64,000 bases of DNA from Amoebidium appalachense. Lineage: Eukaryota > Protista > Ichthyosporea. Below are positions 14,739 to 34,500 of the stretch, one piece after another. The stretch lies in assembly GCA_963693365.1 (NCBI GenBank), contig CAVNZM010000002.1, positions 11,340,328-11,404,327 of the forward strand. Direction: 5' to 3'. Under the pieces are notes generated by a model. That model made no database searches. It worked only from the letters and a program-made list of their open reading frames with translations, and had not been told where the DNA came from. The translations under genes and the position numbers were made by a program. Numbering within the stretch: the first letter of the stretch is position 1; each line of letters opens with the position of its first letter.

Positions 14739-15774
14739 GGGGGGGGGGGAGGGCATTGGCCAAAGAAGAGGGGAAAGGAGGGGGGAGAACAGGAAAAATG
14801 GAAAGGTGTGTGTGTGTTTTCGCGGGGGGGGGGGGGGGGGGGGGGGGGGGGATTGGGTGATGAGCACAACGGGGTGTAGGTAGACGGATGAAAGAACACA
14901 CACATTCCACATTCACTTGCAAACATAAAATAGAGAGAGGGGACAACAAAGGGAGAGAGGGAGACAGGGAAAAGAGGGCACCGGAGGGTAAGTGGTGGTG
15001 GGGGGGGGGGGGAGGGGGGGGGGGGGGGGGGGGGGGGGGAGCTTTTCAGTACACGAACAAAAAACAACGTATCAAAGAGAGAGTGGGGAATAAGTGGCAG
15101 AGGGTATGAAGTATGGGGAGCCAATGAAAAGGAAAGTGGGTGTATGTGACTGGTCTCCGTGCAGGGGGAGGGGGGGGGGGGGGGAGGGGGGGTATATGTG
15201 TCTGCATTCAATTTGTCGTTACTGGTAGTGTTGGAACTTCAGATATAGGCTTGTTACGACGAAAGAAATGAGCAAAGTGACACGTAAAAAAAAAGCCATC
15301 AAGAGAAACAGAGAGGTGACAATGTGGGAGGCCCAGGAGGGGGGGGGGGGGGGGGGGGGATAATATATGGTATATAATTATTTTGCACACGTGAGTCACC
15401 GTAACACGTCATGAAGCATTATGGCAACAAAGGTAGAAGTTAGGGGGTGTGAGGTCAGGGGAGAAAAGAGACGGCAGGGAGAAACGCAAGGGGAGGGAGG
15501 GGGAGTTCTAACCAGCATCAGCCGGCATGCCGCCTTTGAGCCCCTCCTCACCGTACAGATCGTAAATTTCGCGCTTTTTGGGGTCCGACAGCACATCATA
15601 GGCCTCAGACACCTCTTGAAACATTTTTGTTGCCTCCTCCTTGTTGGTGGGGTTTTTGTCCGGATGCCATTTCATTGCCTTTTTCTTGTATGCCTTTTTC
15701 AGTATTTCCTCATCTTTCGTCCCCTTTGGAACCCCCAAAATTTCATAGTAGTCTTTTCCTTTGCTGTTGGACAT
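10384..15774 (-). CDS. Class B (type II) DnaJ/Hsp40, DNAJB1/4/5-Sis1-like. Exons 15774-15513, 14693-14527, 13627-13499, 12340-12109, 11233-11186, 10716-10384
   Basis: J domain with HPD (KDYYEILGV...WHPDKNP...[15 protein letters not shown]), then a G/F- and G/M-rich linker and the C-terminal domains ([56 protein letters not shown]). No zinc finger. One extra G in a G8 run (14542-14549) breaks the frame. Confidence 0.92.
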
Positions 15775-16106
15775 TTTCGGGTGCGGCGGGGAACCAAAGC
15801 GCGGGCGTTTGTCTTTGGGCGGAGTGGAGGGATGGCCCCCGGCTCCTCGTTTGCGTCTTTCAGCCAGAGTGACGTCTTTAATTTGGTGAAGGAGGGGGCT
15901 CTACACACCGTGAAATTTCTCCAAAAACCTGCTCAATTTAAAAGGGTAGTGTGTCAGTGTGACTGTTGGTCCCCCCCCCCCCCCAAACTTTTCTCATCAG
16001 ACCTTTTCCTCCTCATCTTCTTTTATCCCCCGAGACGTGATGTCTTCTTTTATTCCACGAGACAGAATGGGGGTTGAGTTTTTTTTTGGAGAGCGGGGGC
16101 GGGGAG

Positions 16107-16148
<42 letters not shown>

Positions 16149-17241
16149 AGGGGGGGGCCCCGGAGGGGGGAGGGGGGGGGGGAAGGGGGGCCCCGGAGGG
16201 GGGGGGGGGGGGGGGATGGTGGTGGTAGTCATGGATGGCAATAGGATTAGAGTGGTGAGGTTGGGGAGAGAGGGAGGAGGGGGTTGGGTGCGGGGGAGGG
16301 GGGAGGGGGGGGGGGCTGGGGCTAAAGGAAAGGAATAATGTCATGAACTTCCTCAATCTCGTGCACCTGTCCGAACCCCTCCGATCCACTCACTCTCTAC
16401 CTATGTACTGGATTCTATCTTTCTCTTTTTTTACGTCCGGCTGTTTTGCTGTCTACTCGTTCGTTCTACTTTCATTTCCCTTTGCACTTTTCTCCCCATT
16501 GGAACCATTCCGTGAATAAAATATACTCCACAACATGGTACCCTTTTGACGAGTGACACAAATGCACACAATTGGCCCCACGTAAAGGCACATAATTCAT
16601 TAGCACAAACACTGTTTGTGAGTAACGTTAGCTGTCTGCAAGCGTGCCTTTCTGCCTTTCTCTTTGTCTCTACATCAACCCCCCCCCCCCCCCCCCCCCC
16701 CAGACACACACATACACACACAAGACACACATACCACCACTAACACCCAAACTCCGTCTCGCTCCAGTAACACACAGTTTCCCTTAAGGATTTGTGTTTT
16801 TTTAAAAGGTGCAAGTGTGCCTGTGTAAATGTGTGTGTAAGTGAGTGAGTGTGTGTGTGTGTGTTCTGCACACATTTGCAACTCACCGGCTTCAGAATCT
16901 TCGGGAAAATTGCAGTCCTCGGTACCCAGAAGAACGCCCAAGCCGACAATGGATGTGTCCACCATGTCGAAGAAAGAAACATAACCGCATAACCGGAAAA
17001 AAAAACGCACGAATTTACATCGAAAGTAGTCAAACGTTTACCTTCCAGTTTTCTTTGTTCCTAGATGCATAAGACCTGGCAGCCATCAACCACAAAGCCC
17101 TATCTTAAACATCTAAACGTATTACTGTGACTTTTGAGCAAATTTACAGCAACAATCTTCTCAAGAATAAATCTTTTGTAAACTAAGCAAAGTTAAAAAC
17201 TAAGGGCCGTTTTGTACAGGTTTCACAGTTTTTTTTTCTTT

Positions 17242-17280
<39 letters not shown>

Positions 17281-18141
17281 GCAGGCTGAGGCTTGGTTCG
17301 GTGTGATCGGGATTTTTCCAGAAAATTCTTGGCTGCTGACGGGATGGCAATATGCTGCGGGTACTGATTGATGATGCTGTCAGCCAACACCGGTGAAAAA
17401 AGTGGTACACGAAAAAACAATCGGATGTATCCACGCTACGGTGACTAAATACGTGTGTGAATGCGAAGTAAATCGCCCCAACCGTTGCGCAGTTCTCTTT
17501 GTTCTGCTGCTACTTGCAAAAGAAGACACTTCAATTACACTCGACCACTAATGAAGTAGTAACTTTCCGTAGTATTATTCAGCACAAAAGGTTCAGAAAG
17601 CTGACCATGCATGTGGGTGGGCAAAGGAACAAAAGGGCTATCATCACATGTAACAATTATACGGTATAACACGTGAAGGCAGAAACAAACACACCTTTGC
17701 CAGCTGGTGTTTTTCCTACTGCACATTCATTTGCGTTGTTTTGGTCCCCTGCCAGTCGAACCTCTCGTGATCTCTCGTAGAAGCCACGTCTTGTTCTAAG
17801 CACCGAATAATCCCAAGCTTGAGCAGTTACTGTAAGGTGCAAATGGTGCAGTCAGCTATTTGTAGTTAACACACCGCCAGCATATGTAATGCACACACGC
17901 TGCACACATGTACACACCCACGCACACAACACACGCACACACACACACATGCGTGCGCGTGTGCGCGCGCGCATGCACACACCCACATGCACCCCACACA
18001 CACACACGCACGCGCGCGCACGCACGCACGCACGCGCACACGCACACGCGCACACGCGCACACGCACATACACACGAACGCACACACATACACACACAAA
18101 CACACACTCACACTCACACGAACACACACACACATTAGTAC

Positions 18142-18206
<65 letters not shown>

Positions 18207-19409
18207 TGTACCGGTACCATCGATTTGAGTTATTTACGTGCCAGCCTATGTGCAGGCGTGCTGGCCAGACGTAGCCGCAGTAGCCTCATGATTCATATTG
18301 CCGCACCCTAGAATATAATTTACGCCGTCACTATCCAGCATCATGGGAGCTTTTTCTAAGTCGTACCTCGCAAGACTCCACCCACCCCTCCAGGGCCCTA
18401 CTAATAATAGTACTCCAGGACTCCTCAGTGTCACTGACTCAATGACAAACAAAAACGACGTGCCAAGGCCAGCAACTGACATGGCCTCTGCAGCTGCATA
18501 CGACATCGGTGACCTTGAATGTTTACTGTATTTGTTTGTGCCTTGTGTCTGTAGGCCTTCGTATAAGCGGGTCAAGCGGTCACCGTCATGATCAGAGGTT
18601 GGAACCTGTCACCATGGCAAGGGCCGCAGCTAGTTACTGTACTAGTAGGCCTGCACATGTATGTAGACGTGTAGTAGCAGGTACGGCCATCTATATACTG
18701 TAAATAGGGTCTTTGGTGTATAAGAAACAGGAATTTATGTCTGTATTGTTCTAAAAACAAAAGCCTTTGAGAAATAAAATCATGGAAGCCTGTGCTCCCG
18801 TGAAAGTGCTTACACGGTATACAGCCCCACTGCACACCTGCAAGGATCGAGGATCTGTTTTAGACACCGAATCTGAAAAGGAATCTAGATACAGCCAATC
18901 ACATGCGCATCTGATTCAGGTGCATGACTTTAGTCAAATCATATAAAGTGGTAGAAACGGTTGGCGGACAGTTTCTGAATCGCAAGATGGCGAAAAGATC
19001 TACGCATCCAAGAGTCTGACTCTGAAGGGCACGTGAGTACGTAAGACCTTTCCCTGCGCATCTTTCTAGTTACAAAAATGCCCACACTACCAGGCTAATC
19101 CAAATATATATTGAGACTGGAACCCGGCGCTGGCTACTTAGTTCATTCATCTGCGAACACGTGTGGCACTCAATGTGCTGCCGCGCGGATATCGCTCACC
19201 TACCACGTGCACCGGACTCCCGGTCCCCGGGAGTCCCGGAGTGACCGACCGGTTCAACACCCAATCAGCACGCCAAAACAGCAATTCTACATATTTTCTC
19301 TTGATACACACTAATAATAGTTCTCAGATCCCACGTGAGTTGCCCACCTATTACCCGCCAGCCACTCACAGTGCGCTACATGACGCACGCGTTATGTGTA
19401 CCCTGGGAA

Positions 19410-19422
19410 GGCCTATAAAACA
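19410..19422 (+). promoter_or_regulatory. Putative TATA box (CCTATAAAA) upstream of the mucin/beta-helix gene
   Basis: Consensus TATAAAA ~170 bp before ATG 19588, with a CCAATCAG at ~19261 further upstream. Confidence 0.35.
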
Positions 19423-19587
19423 GTTGGTCTTGCTTGTTCTTTCCCATTGTCGTCCCGTCACTTTTACTGACACAAGTGACTTCGGATTCAGTGACACTTC
19501 AGAGTACCTACGGTAGCACAACATCGATATCTTTCACTCGTACCAATATCAAGTATCCCTGTCCTTACCTTCAGTTTTTCTCATACA

Positions 19588-25501
<5,914 letters not shown>

Positions 25502-25685
25502 TATGCGTAAGTTGCTAATTACTAAATTAGGAAGTATTGCCTTAATGGGAAATATGACTGATTTGGGAGATGTTTCTAAATTTGGGTGTATACACTGGTA
25601 TAAGGTATTGTGGCCCCGGAGGCACCGGAGGACCGAAGGGTAGATGTAAAAAGGTGAAAGGGCAGTTTTGTATAGCATTTTGTAT

Positions 25686-25771
<86 letters not shown>

Positions 25772-26269
25772 AATAAAATTTGTTGATATGTAGCTGCGGT
25801 TTGTTACACCGGCGTTTTCGTTGGCACGTGTTGTTGACGGCCAATTGTTTTGATAACCTTTAACGTCAACTGGAATTATCATATTTATGGGTGATGTTGG
25901 ATGAGGGCTATTGGGCAAACACAGCCCAGGTGACCAACATTGTTGGATGTATCTTTACGTGGTTTTCAAATAAACGAGTCTAAATATGGACGATGTGTGC
26001 TGCCTTGACTACTCCAAGCAGAGTCTGGTGCATGGATGTTACCAACCCCACCGAAAGCCTGGCCTTTTCGGTTTTATTCACAGCAGTTGACTCGTCCAAT
26101 TTTTTTAATAATATTTTACACCTGGAATATGAAACTCAGTGACGGATTGAACACACGCCAAGTTATTTACAAGGCCGCGAACTGGTGCGCCGTCGATGTG
26201 CACGTGCCCTCAGGGCAGTACATGAGCACACAGTACACCACACGTGTAAGGTGTGAGTTTGTCTATAAT

Positions 26270-26677
<408 letters not shown>

Positions 26678-27432
26678 ATCACGGTTTGTTCCCGGAAGAC
26701 CCTTGCATGCCCTCGAGGGAACTACCGTCTGCCACACAGCACCGTGTGTGTGCGTGTGCGTGTGCGTGTGCGCGCGCGTGTGTGTGCACGTGTGTATGCC
26801 ATAGTGTGGCACTGTGTGCTTTTGTGGTTGTGCGTGCGCGTGACGCTGTGCTTATTATGCCTTTGGACGGTCTGTATTTGTATATGAGGTGTGGTTATGT
26901 GCGAGCATGCCCTGTGCGTGGGTGCTATGTGTTTGGGTGTACAATGAGAAATTAAGTGCACGCGTTTAACTTAGTACGTACATCTTCAGGCAGCCGCTGT
27001 GTCCGGATGTCCATGTGCAAGTAATTTACGTGCAAATAAATGTGATACGAGTGTGGATGTCTTTACCTGCGTGCGTACGGTGTGTATCACTTGTGTGTGC
27101 GTGTTACGCAAAGCTTTGTTCGTTCGAATTGTGCGTTGTGTGCGCACGCTGTGCGGTGCATGGTATCGTACAGTGCATATGTTCTGCTTATTTCTTCTGT
27201 TTCACCTCACATAGGCTTACATACCTTCTTCAACTAACTAATGCTAATAATAACGCTGCCGGTACTGCCTACGTAGCTATGGTGGCATTTAATTACATTA
27301 GGTATTGTAGAATTGCAATTGAATACTGTACAGTAGTGCAATCGTGCGGAATGTGGGCATGCATGTGCAAGTTAGAACTCCACTGTACTACTATTAAACG
27401 TTAACGTTGCACAAGTGTTCTCATAACCGTTA

Positions 27433-27463
<31 letters not shown>

Positions 27464-27724
27464 CCACCAGTGGCCACCACCACCACCACTATCCCCCGGG
27501 TCCACCAGCACCACCGTTACCAGCACCACCAACAGCATCACCACCACAACCACGGGTCAGGCCTCCATACTTGTGCCATACATAACATGCATGCAGCTTT
27601 CCCCCCTCCCCCTCCCCCCCCCCCAGGGCCTCTCCTCGGATCAACTTCATGCCATTGTCTTTATTCGAAGGAACGCCAAAGTTCATTCAAGTTCACTGGC
27701 AACTTTGGCCACCAGGCCCAGGTT

Positions 27725-27945
27725 CAGGCTGTGAAATTAGTGGGTTTAGGGCCAGAAAATTGCCCCTGAAAGTCCGAAAATTGTCCCTAACTTTTTGAGG
27801 TTAGGTCCATCAATTTTCCAAAAATTGGCCCTAAAAGAGCCAAATGATAAGAAAATACACCTGAAAACGGTTGCTGGCTCTGTAGGGCCATCCAGGCAGG
27901 AAAGTTACCAAAATGGCACCAGCCAAAACCAAATTTTACACCCTG
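27725..27945. mobile_element. hAT-superfamily MITE (221 bp)
   Basis: Imperfect TIRs CAGGCTGTGAAATT ... AATTTTACACCCTG (12/14 match). A perfect 8-bp TSD CCCAGGTT flanks both sides (27717-27724 and 27946-27953). No transposase ORF. Confidence 0.85.
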
Positions 27946-27996
27946 CCCAGGTTGATTTCGATCTCTAGCTCAGAGTCTCGAACTCTCGATCTTGAA

Positions 27997-29937
27997 CGGG
28001 GGTTTACGCTGTTTACTCGAGGCAAAGAGAACCAGTCTCAGGTATGGGGGGGGGGGTTTGCTCGGAATATCCCCTCAGCGGTATATCATGATCGCGTACA
28101 TAGATGTCGGGTGGTGACTATATATCAGGGTTTACTTTCTCTACGGGACACCATAAAGACTAAGAAAAATCAATTAGTTGGGGTTCCCCGTTGAACGAAG
28201 CCAAATAGATTCCATTGGCGACCTATAAGTTTTAGATAATCCAATCAAATACTTTGAACCAATCATTCCGCTGTAAGATAGATCGCCCAGGGACTCAAAA
28301 TGTCGTCAAGACGTAAACAAAATCGTGACATCTGTATATAACAAGCTGCCATTTGCTTTCAATAAATCATTTTGCAATATTACAGCCATAAAAAAAGAAG
28401 AAGAAGAAGCCATCTGAAAGCGTTGCAAAAATATATTTTTCTTTTGTTTTTACCCAATCTTGTGTTGTATAATGGGCCCTTAGTACTCCATTTAAAGTGT
28501 CGGGGGGCGAGGAAAACGGCAACCCATTATGATAGAACTCCCCTCTTTCCTTCCCCTCCCCTCTTTCCTTCCCTCTCCCCTCTTTCCTTCCCTCTCTCTC
28601 TTCTTCTCCTCCGGGCACAAATACAAATAAACCCCGCAAAAGTGTGCGTGTGACTTTGGACTGCCACTTACTTATTATAAATTTATAAACATGTACACAA
28701 TCACAAGATAATCACGCAATATAACAAATGGAAAAAGATACCACACGACACTAGACCCGATGAAAGCAGACACCTTGAAAAACTAAGCCTTATGTCTCGT
28801 TTTATATATAATGACCGCCTTAACCATATTGCCAAATATGGCACTCGCAAATGTATAACACCTAAATACATATTACCTTCCTGTAGAACTGGTCTTTCTC
28901 TAGCTGATGGTATTATTGATCAATTACAACGCTTTTACTGTACATGTACACGTGCTATACAGTGGAGATCTAATAAGTATAAGGTGGCATCGTTTGCATG
29001 CCCAAACAACACACACACACACCAGTTTAAACGGCCATGTATCGCCAAATGTAGTTTGATAGACCACATAATACCGCAACACACACACGTCACATTCACA
29101 ACAGATACCCAGAAAGATAGCCTATAGCTACCTGTTGGCGGCGCGGGCCCGGACCCGGCCCGGCCCGCCGTTCTACACGCTGAACCCTTGTTAGCCCCAA
29201 AAAGTGACCTTTAGATCCATGCGCAGCTGCCTTATATAGTATGATCTGAAACTTTTGTCCAATGAAAATCGTTATCGCTCCCAATTTGGAAAGTGACTTT
29301 CGGGCCAAAAAGCTACCTAATCGGTCGCTAAAACGGTTTGGGTCTCTGCACGGTAGTATACCCGTGATTGTTGAACCGGCCCGTATGAAAGGGATAGATA
29401 TACGCGGCAGCGTTTTGATTCCTTTGCCAACTTCATGCCGAGTGAAGGGAGTACTTGCTTGTGTACTTACCCCCCCCAAATGAAAATTTTTGTGTTTTTC
29501 AATTTAAAGGTTTGGGCATTTCAGGGGCTGAACATTAGCATATATATGAATGACAGTGTATGCGCGCAGCGTGCATGCTTTGGTGTCATCGATTGCATGA
29601 TCATGAACATATATCCGGTTTATTTTGTTGTATAAGCTATCTCTAATATATAGTAAGCTATGAAGCCCAAATACGGAACGACACCCCTCAAACAACAGTA
29701 CTTACCATCAAAGAGCACCCCTATTTCTGGTGTTATCTCTGATCCACACCCGCGCCGCTATCTGCATGCGGAGCTTATGCCCCAGTAAATTACAACATCC
29801 TTGATATACTAAACACGCGTAACTACGACCTGTTTATTAGATGTATTGATTGGCTTGAGAAACACATCATTACACACACACACACATACACTCACACACA
29901 TACACAACCAGCTGATACCGAGTGTCCCAGGGGAGCG

Positions 29938-29991
<54 letters not shown>

Positions 29992-30876
29992 AAAAAAAAA
30001 AAAAAAATAAAATAAAAATAAAAAAAAAAATTTTCTTCTTTTGACTCGGTTTTATAGATCCGTTGATGAAGGCAACGTGCAGCCACAGGCTACATAACCA
30101 CCAATAGAACTGAAAAAGCCAAAGCTACGAAATAAAAATAAAGCGACAAGTGACAAAGGACACCAGCGGGCAAAACCTTAAGTGTACGTGTATGCGTGAA
30201 ACTAGTTTGCTCCAACTAGTCATATGCATCGATGTTGACCAGACCACGCTCCGCAAGAAAACATCATTATTGCTGCTTCCCAACAGGCCCCCCTCAAAAC
30301 CTACCGAGGCACAGCAAGCAAGTCAGCCTCTATAGAGCAATGCAGACCAAATCTGAGCTAAAAAACAATCCCAACGGGCCCGGCCCCTAGATAACCCGGA
30401 GAAACTGCATCTAGCTCTCTGATAAGGTGGCCTAGTTGTGGCAGGACGCACGGAAAAACACAATTACAGAATGCATGCAAGCAACCCGGTCATTGCCATA
30501 CGATTGGAGGCTAAGGACTGGCAGTCACTTGGAAAGCTCCCGACGACCAAGTAGCCGCCCCTCCACTCACGCAGCGCAGAAGTAGCTGAAGAAGTTGCAG
30601 CAGCCCACCGCCAATAGGTCGCGTAGAAGCGTAGACAGCGTGTAGAAGTCACCATAGGTTTCAGTGGACCACCAGGCGTTGAAGAAACTTTCTTCTCAAG
30701 CGAGAAACTCCGCGAAAGGGAGATGCCCCCACACTCTCACGGCAGTAGGAATACACCAGGCCACACCACACACATGCTGCAGTCACGTTCCCCTGAGTGG
30801 GACTCCCTCCCACCACAAAAACCCCCCATACCTGAGACTGGTCTCTCTTTGCCTCGAGTAAACAACATAAACCCCG
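27997..30876. repeat. Pair of ~85-bp inverted repeats (27997-28081 and 30790-30876) bracketing ~2.9 kb
   Basis: TGTTTACTCGAGGCAAAGAGA(G)ACCAGTCTCAGGTATGGGGGG occurs on + at ~28010 and on - at ~30865. Confidence 0.7.
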
Positions 30877-32334
30877 ATAAGACATCACTGTACCATCAAC
30901 TTGTGTCTACACTACTGCCGCCCGGTGCGCTCGGTCGGCGGTCGCTTGTCTCTGGGGATCTAGATCTGTTCGGAGTGGGTGCAAAACTTTTCGCCAACAA
31001 GTACAAATTGAACCCGCGAGCATTTTTCGAATGCATGCAGGCTGCAGAGGGGGGAAGGAAGACACTTCTAAGAACATGTCGACCCGAATAATAAAATTAA
31101 CGCCCACATGCCCCGACGTTGCTTAATAATTCGAGACTTACTTAGTACTAGTTGATAATTTTTTCGCACCTGGATCATTTTATTGTAGTTTTTTAGTTTT
31201 GAATGGAGCTCTCGAGAGCTCTGCAGAATTCGTAGTCACAAGACAGGAGTCATGTCATGACTCCGGCACAAAGATCCGCCCATCTACGGACGTTACTCGT
31301 GTGCCGAACGTAGGGCAGAGACCTTTTTAAGTTTCAAGGCATGATATGGCTACTTATTATTTGTCATCGACAACTACGCCAGCACGCATGCATTATTCGA
31401 TGTACAGCTTGTATGCACATCTCTCGGCTAGAAGGAATCGCAAAACACGCCATTAGGCTCATTAGGACTATCTTACCAGTCGCTTCTGATTTCAGACTTC
31501 TGAAACGCATTTATGCATATGATTGTGCAGGTGCAACGAACAGGATATTCTTCTGCTCGCGAGCTGTGGCGCCTGCGCGACTCCCCCATCAAGATCTATC
31601 AAGGGCCGTGCGCACACATATGGTGGCTTCGGTTGCTTACACGTCGTGAGCTTTAAAATTTTATCTTCTTCCTGTAGATGAAGGGAGCGCACACTTTTTT
31701 GAACTAAAACCTAATTTCTGAAGTTCTTCTCCGCCGGAGCACCGTCTTTTCTGTGCTCAGTAGAACAGGTGCGCATGCACAGTCCTGGTGAACGTTAGTG
31801 TGTAAGGAGTTGCCCACATTGTGTTTGGGTTTATTTTTTGGGGAGCACAATTGTATGGTCGTTTACTTAGATAGTGCATCTGGCACTAAGTTAACATTTC
31901 TTTCTCTTTGCTAGTATTGGAAGTGTGGCCTCCAATGTTGCTTAAGGCCAAACACTTGTGTCTGAATTGTGGTGAGTGATTGTAGATCTTGCTTCTATGG
32001 ATTTCTTCCTTGCTTTGAGTCAAAAAATATCACACGGTGTATCATCTTCATTTGGGCAGAGCCGTGTTTCAAATTTGAATATGCTATGATAATCTGTTTT
32101 CTTCATTTATGTAAACCTTCACCCAACGGCATGTAACAATGCCTAGTGTCGTGCCACGTACTTTACACATCGAACCCGTTTACTAGAATGTTTGCAAAAA
32201 CAGGGCCTCTACCAACGTCCCCTCCCACCCCTCCGGGGGAAATCCGTGCAAGTCTGCAGCCCTCAACGTGAGTGCTCTTGCCCCACCCATTTTTATCTAG
32301 TCTTTTTACTGTGGTTCGATACTTGTAGTTCCAC

Positions 32335-32970
<636 letters not shown>

Positions 32971-33783
32971 TCTCTCATCAGCTGAGGTATCTATCTAAAC
33001 GTTTCCTATGTCATTGTCTTTAGGTCCACTTTGACGGACACACACACACACACACACACCCACACATGTACGCGCAGATTTCAGCACGCACAAACACGCG
33101 CATGGATGTACACCATTGCACACCCACACATTCACGAGCACGTATCAACCTGCGCGTTTTGCATGCCCAGGCCACCCACCACCTTCACTCACCCACCCAT
33201 GCAATACGCGGTCTGTCGGAATATAGAGAGTTTTAGTTTTAAGAGCACGCGGAAAAGTAGTAAGCTTTTGAGGGGAGGGGTGGAGGTAGGAAGGGACGGG
33301 CGGGGGGGGGGGGGGGAGGGGGGGGAGGGGGGGGTCAGTTAACTTTAATGAAGTATGTGTCTCTCAGCCTGTTGTTGAATGCAGCCGAGTTCACCCCCTT
33401 TCTCTTCACCTCCCCCCCCCCCTCCCCCCCCCCCAAAAAAAAAAAAAAAAAAAAAAACAAAAACAAAAAACAAAATAAAACTAACAACTTCTTGCCAGGA
33501 CAAATCTTCTTATATAACCTTATATACCCACTCTCCCTTGCCATATCAATCCCTCCCCTTCCCCCCCACCCCTCCCCCTCCCCCCGCTTCATCCCCACAT
33601 CCCCACCTTTTTAAAAATATATGCCATGCAGTCTGGATCTGACATTCATTCCAAAGGGCACACATATAATTGCGCATCTGGGCACGAAACTCGAGCAAAA
33701 CCACCTGACGAACACCCCCTCTTGCTCCCCCCCCCCCCCCCCCCCCCCCATCCCCACCCAACACACACACACCCACCCTCACC

Positions 33784-33829
<46 letters not shown>

Positions 33830-33919
33830 CCAAAATGCAAAATGCAAAATGCAAAATGCAAAATGCAAAAAACAAAACAAAAAAAACACAGGCCTTGGGC
33901 CCACCCCAGTAACTCGCAC

Positions 33920-34423
33920 ATGAGCCACCGCTTGAATCGACACCATGAGCCCTACGACCCCAATTCCGGCCACCATCCAAGAGAATTTCATAGAACCCCC
34001 CATAATTGGGAAGATTCTGAGACGTTCCATCGACAGCAAACCCCCAAAGCTACGAATTCGCCAAATTACGCAGCGGATGAAAGAAACCCCACCAAAGGAA
34101 TGTCCCCGCCGGAGCATTATCCAACGGAAAGCAATTATGAGCAGGTGAGATATACAAGGAATATAAATTACCCAAGAGAAGGGGGGTTCTATCCAACGAG
34201 TAAAGATGAGCCCGATCTGAGAATCGCTGATAGTGCACCGTGGCTCCTAAGAGCCGCCGAATCATATCAGGCTGCCAAAAGAACGGCAAATGAAAGGCGT
34301 GATTCTGAGCCAATGGGTTTGAGGAGAATGGAGGCCGGGAACACACGTATGTTGGGTGACCCCCTTTGGGAGGAGGAACCGGAAATGCCAGAAAGTAGGA
34401 CTCAGACACAAGCAGGGTGGGTG

Positions 34424-34500
<77 letters not shown>

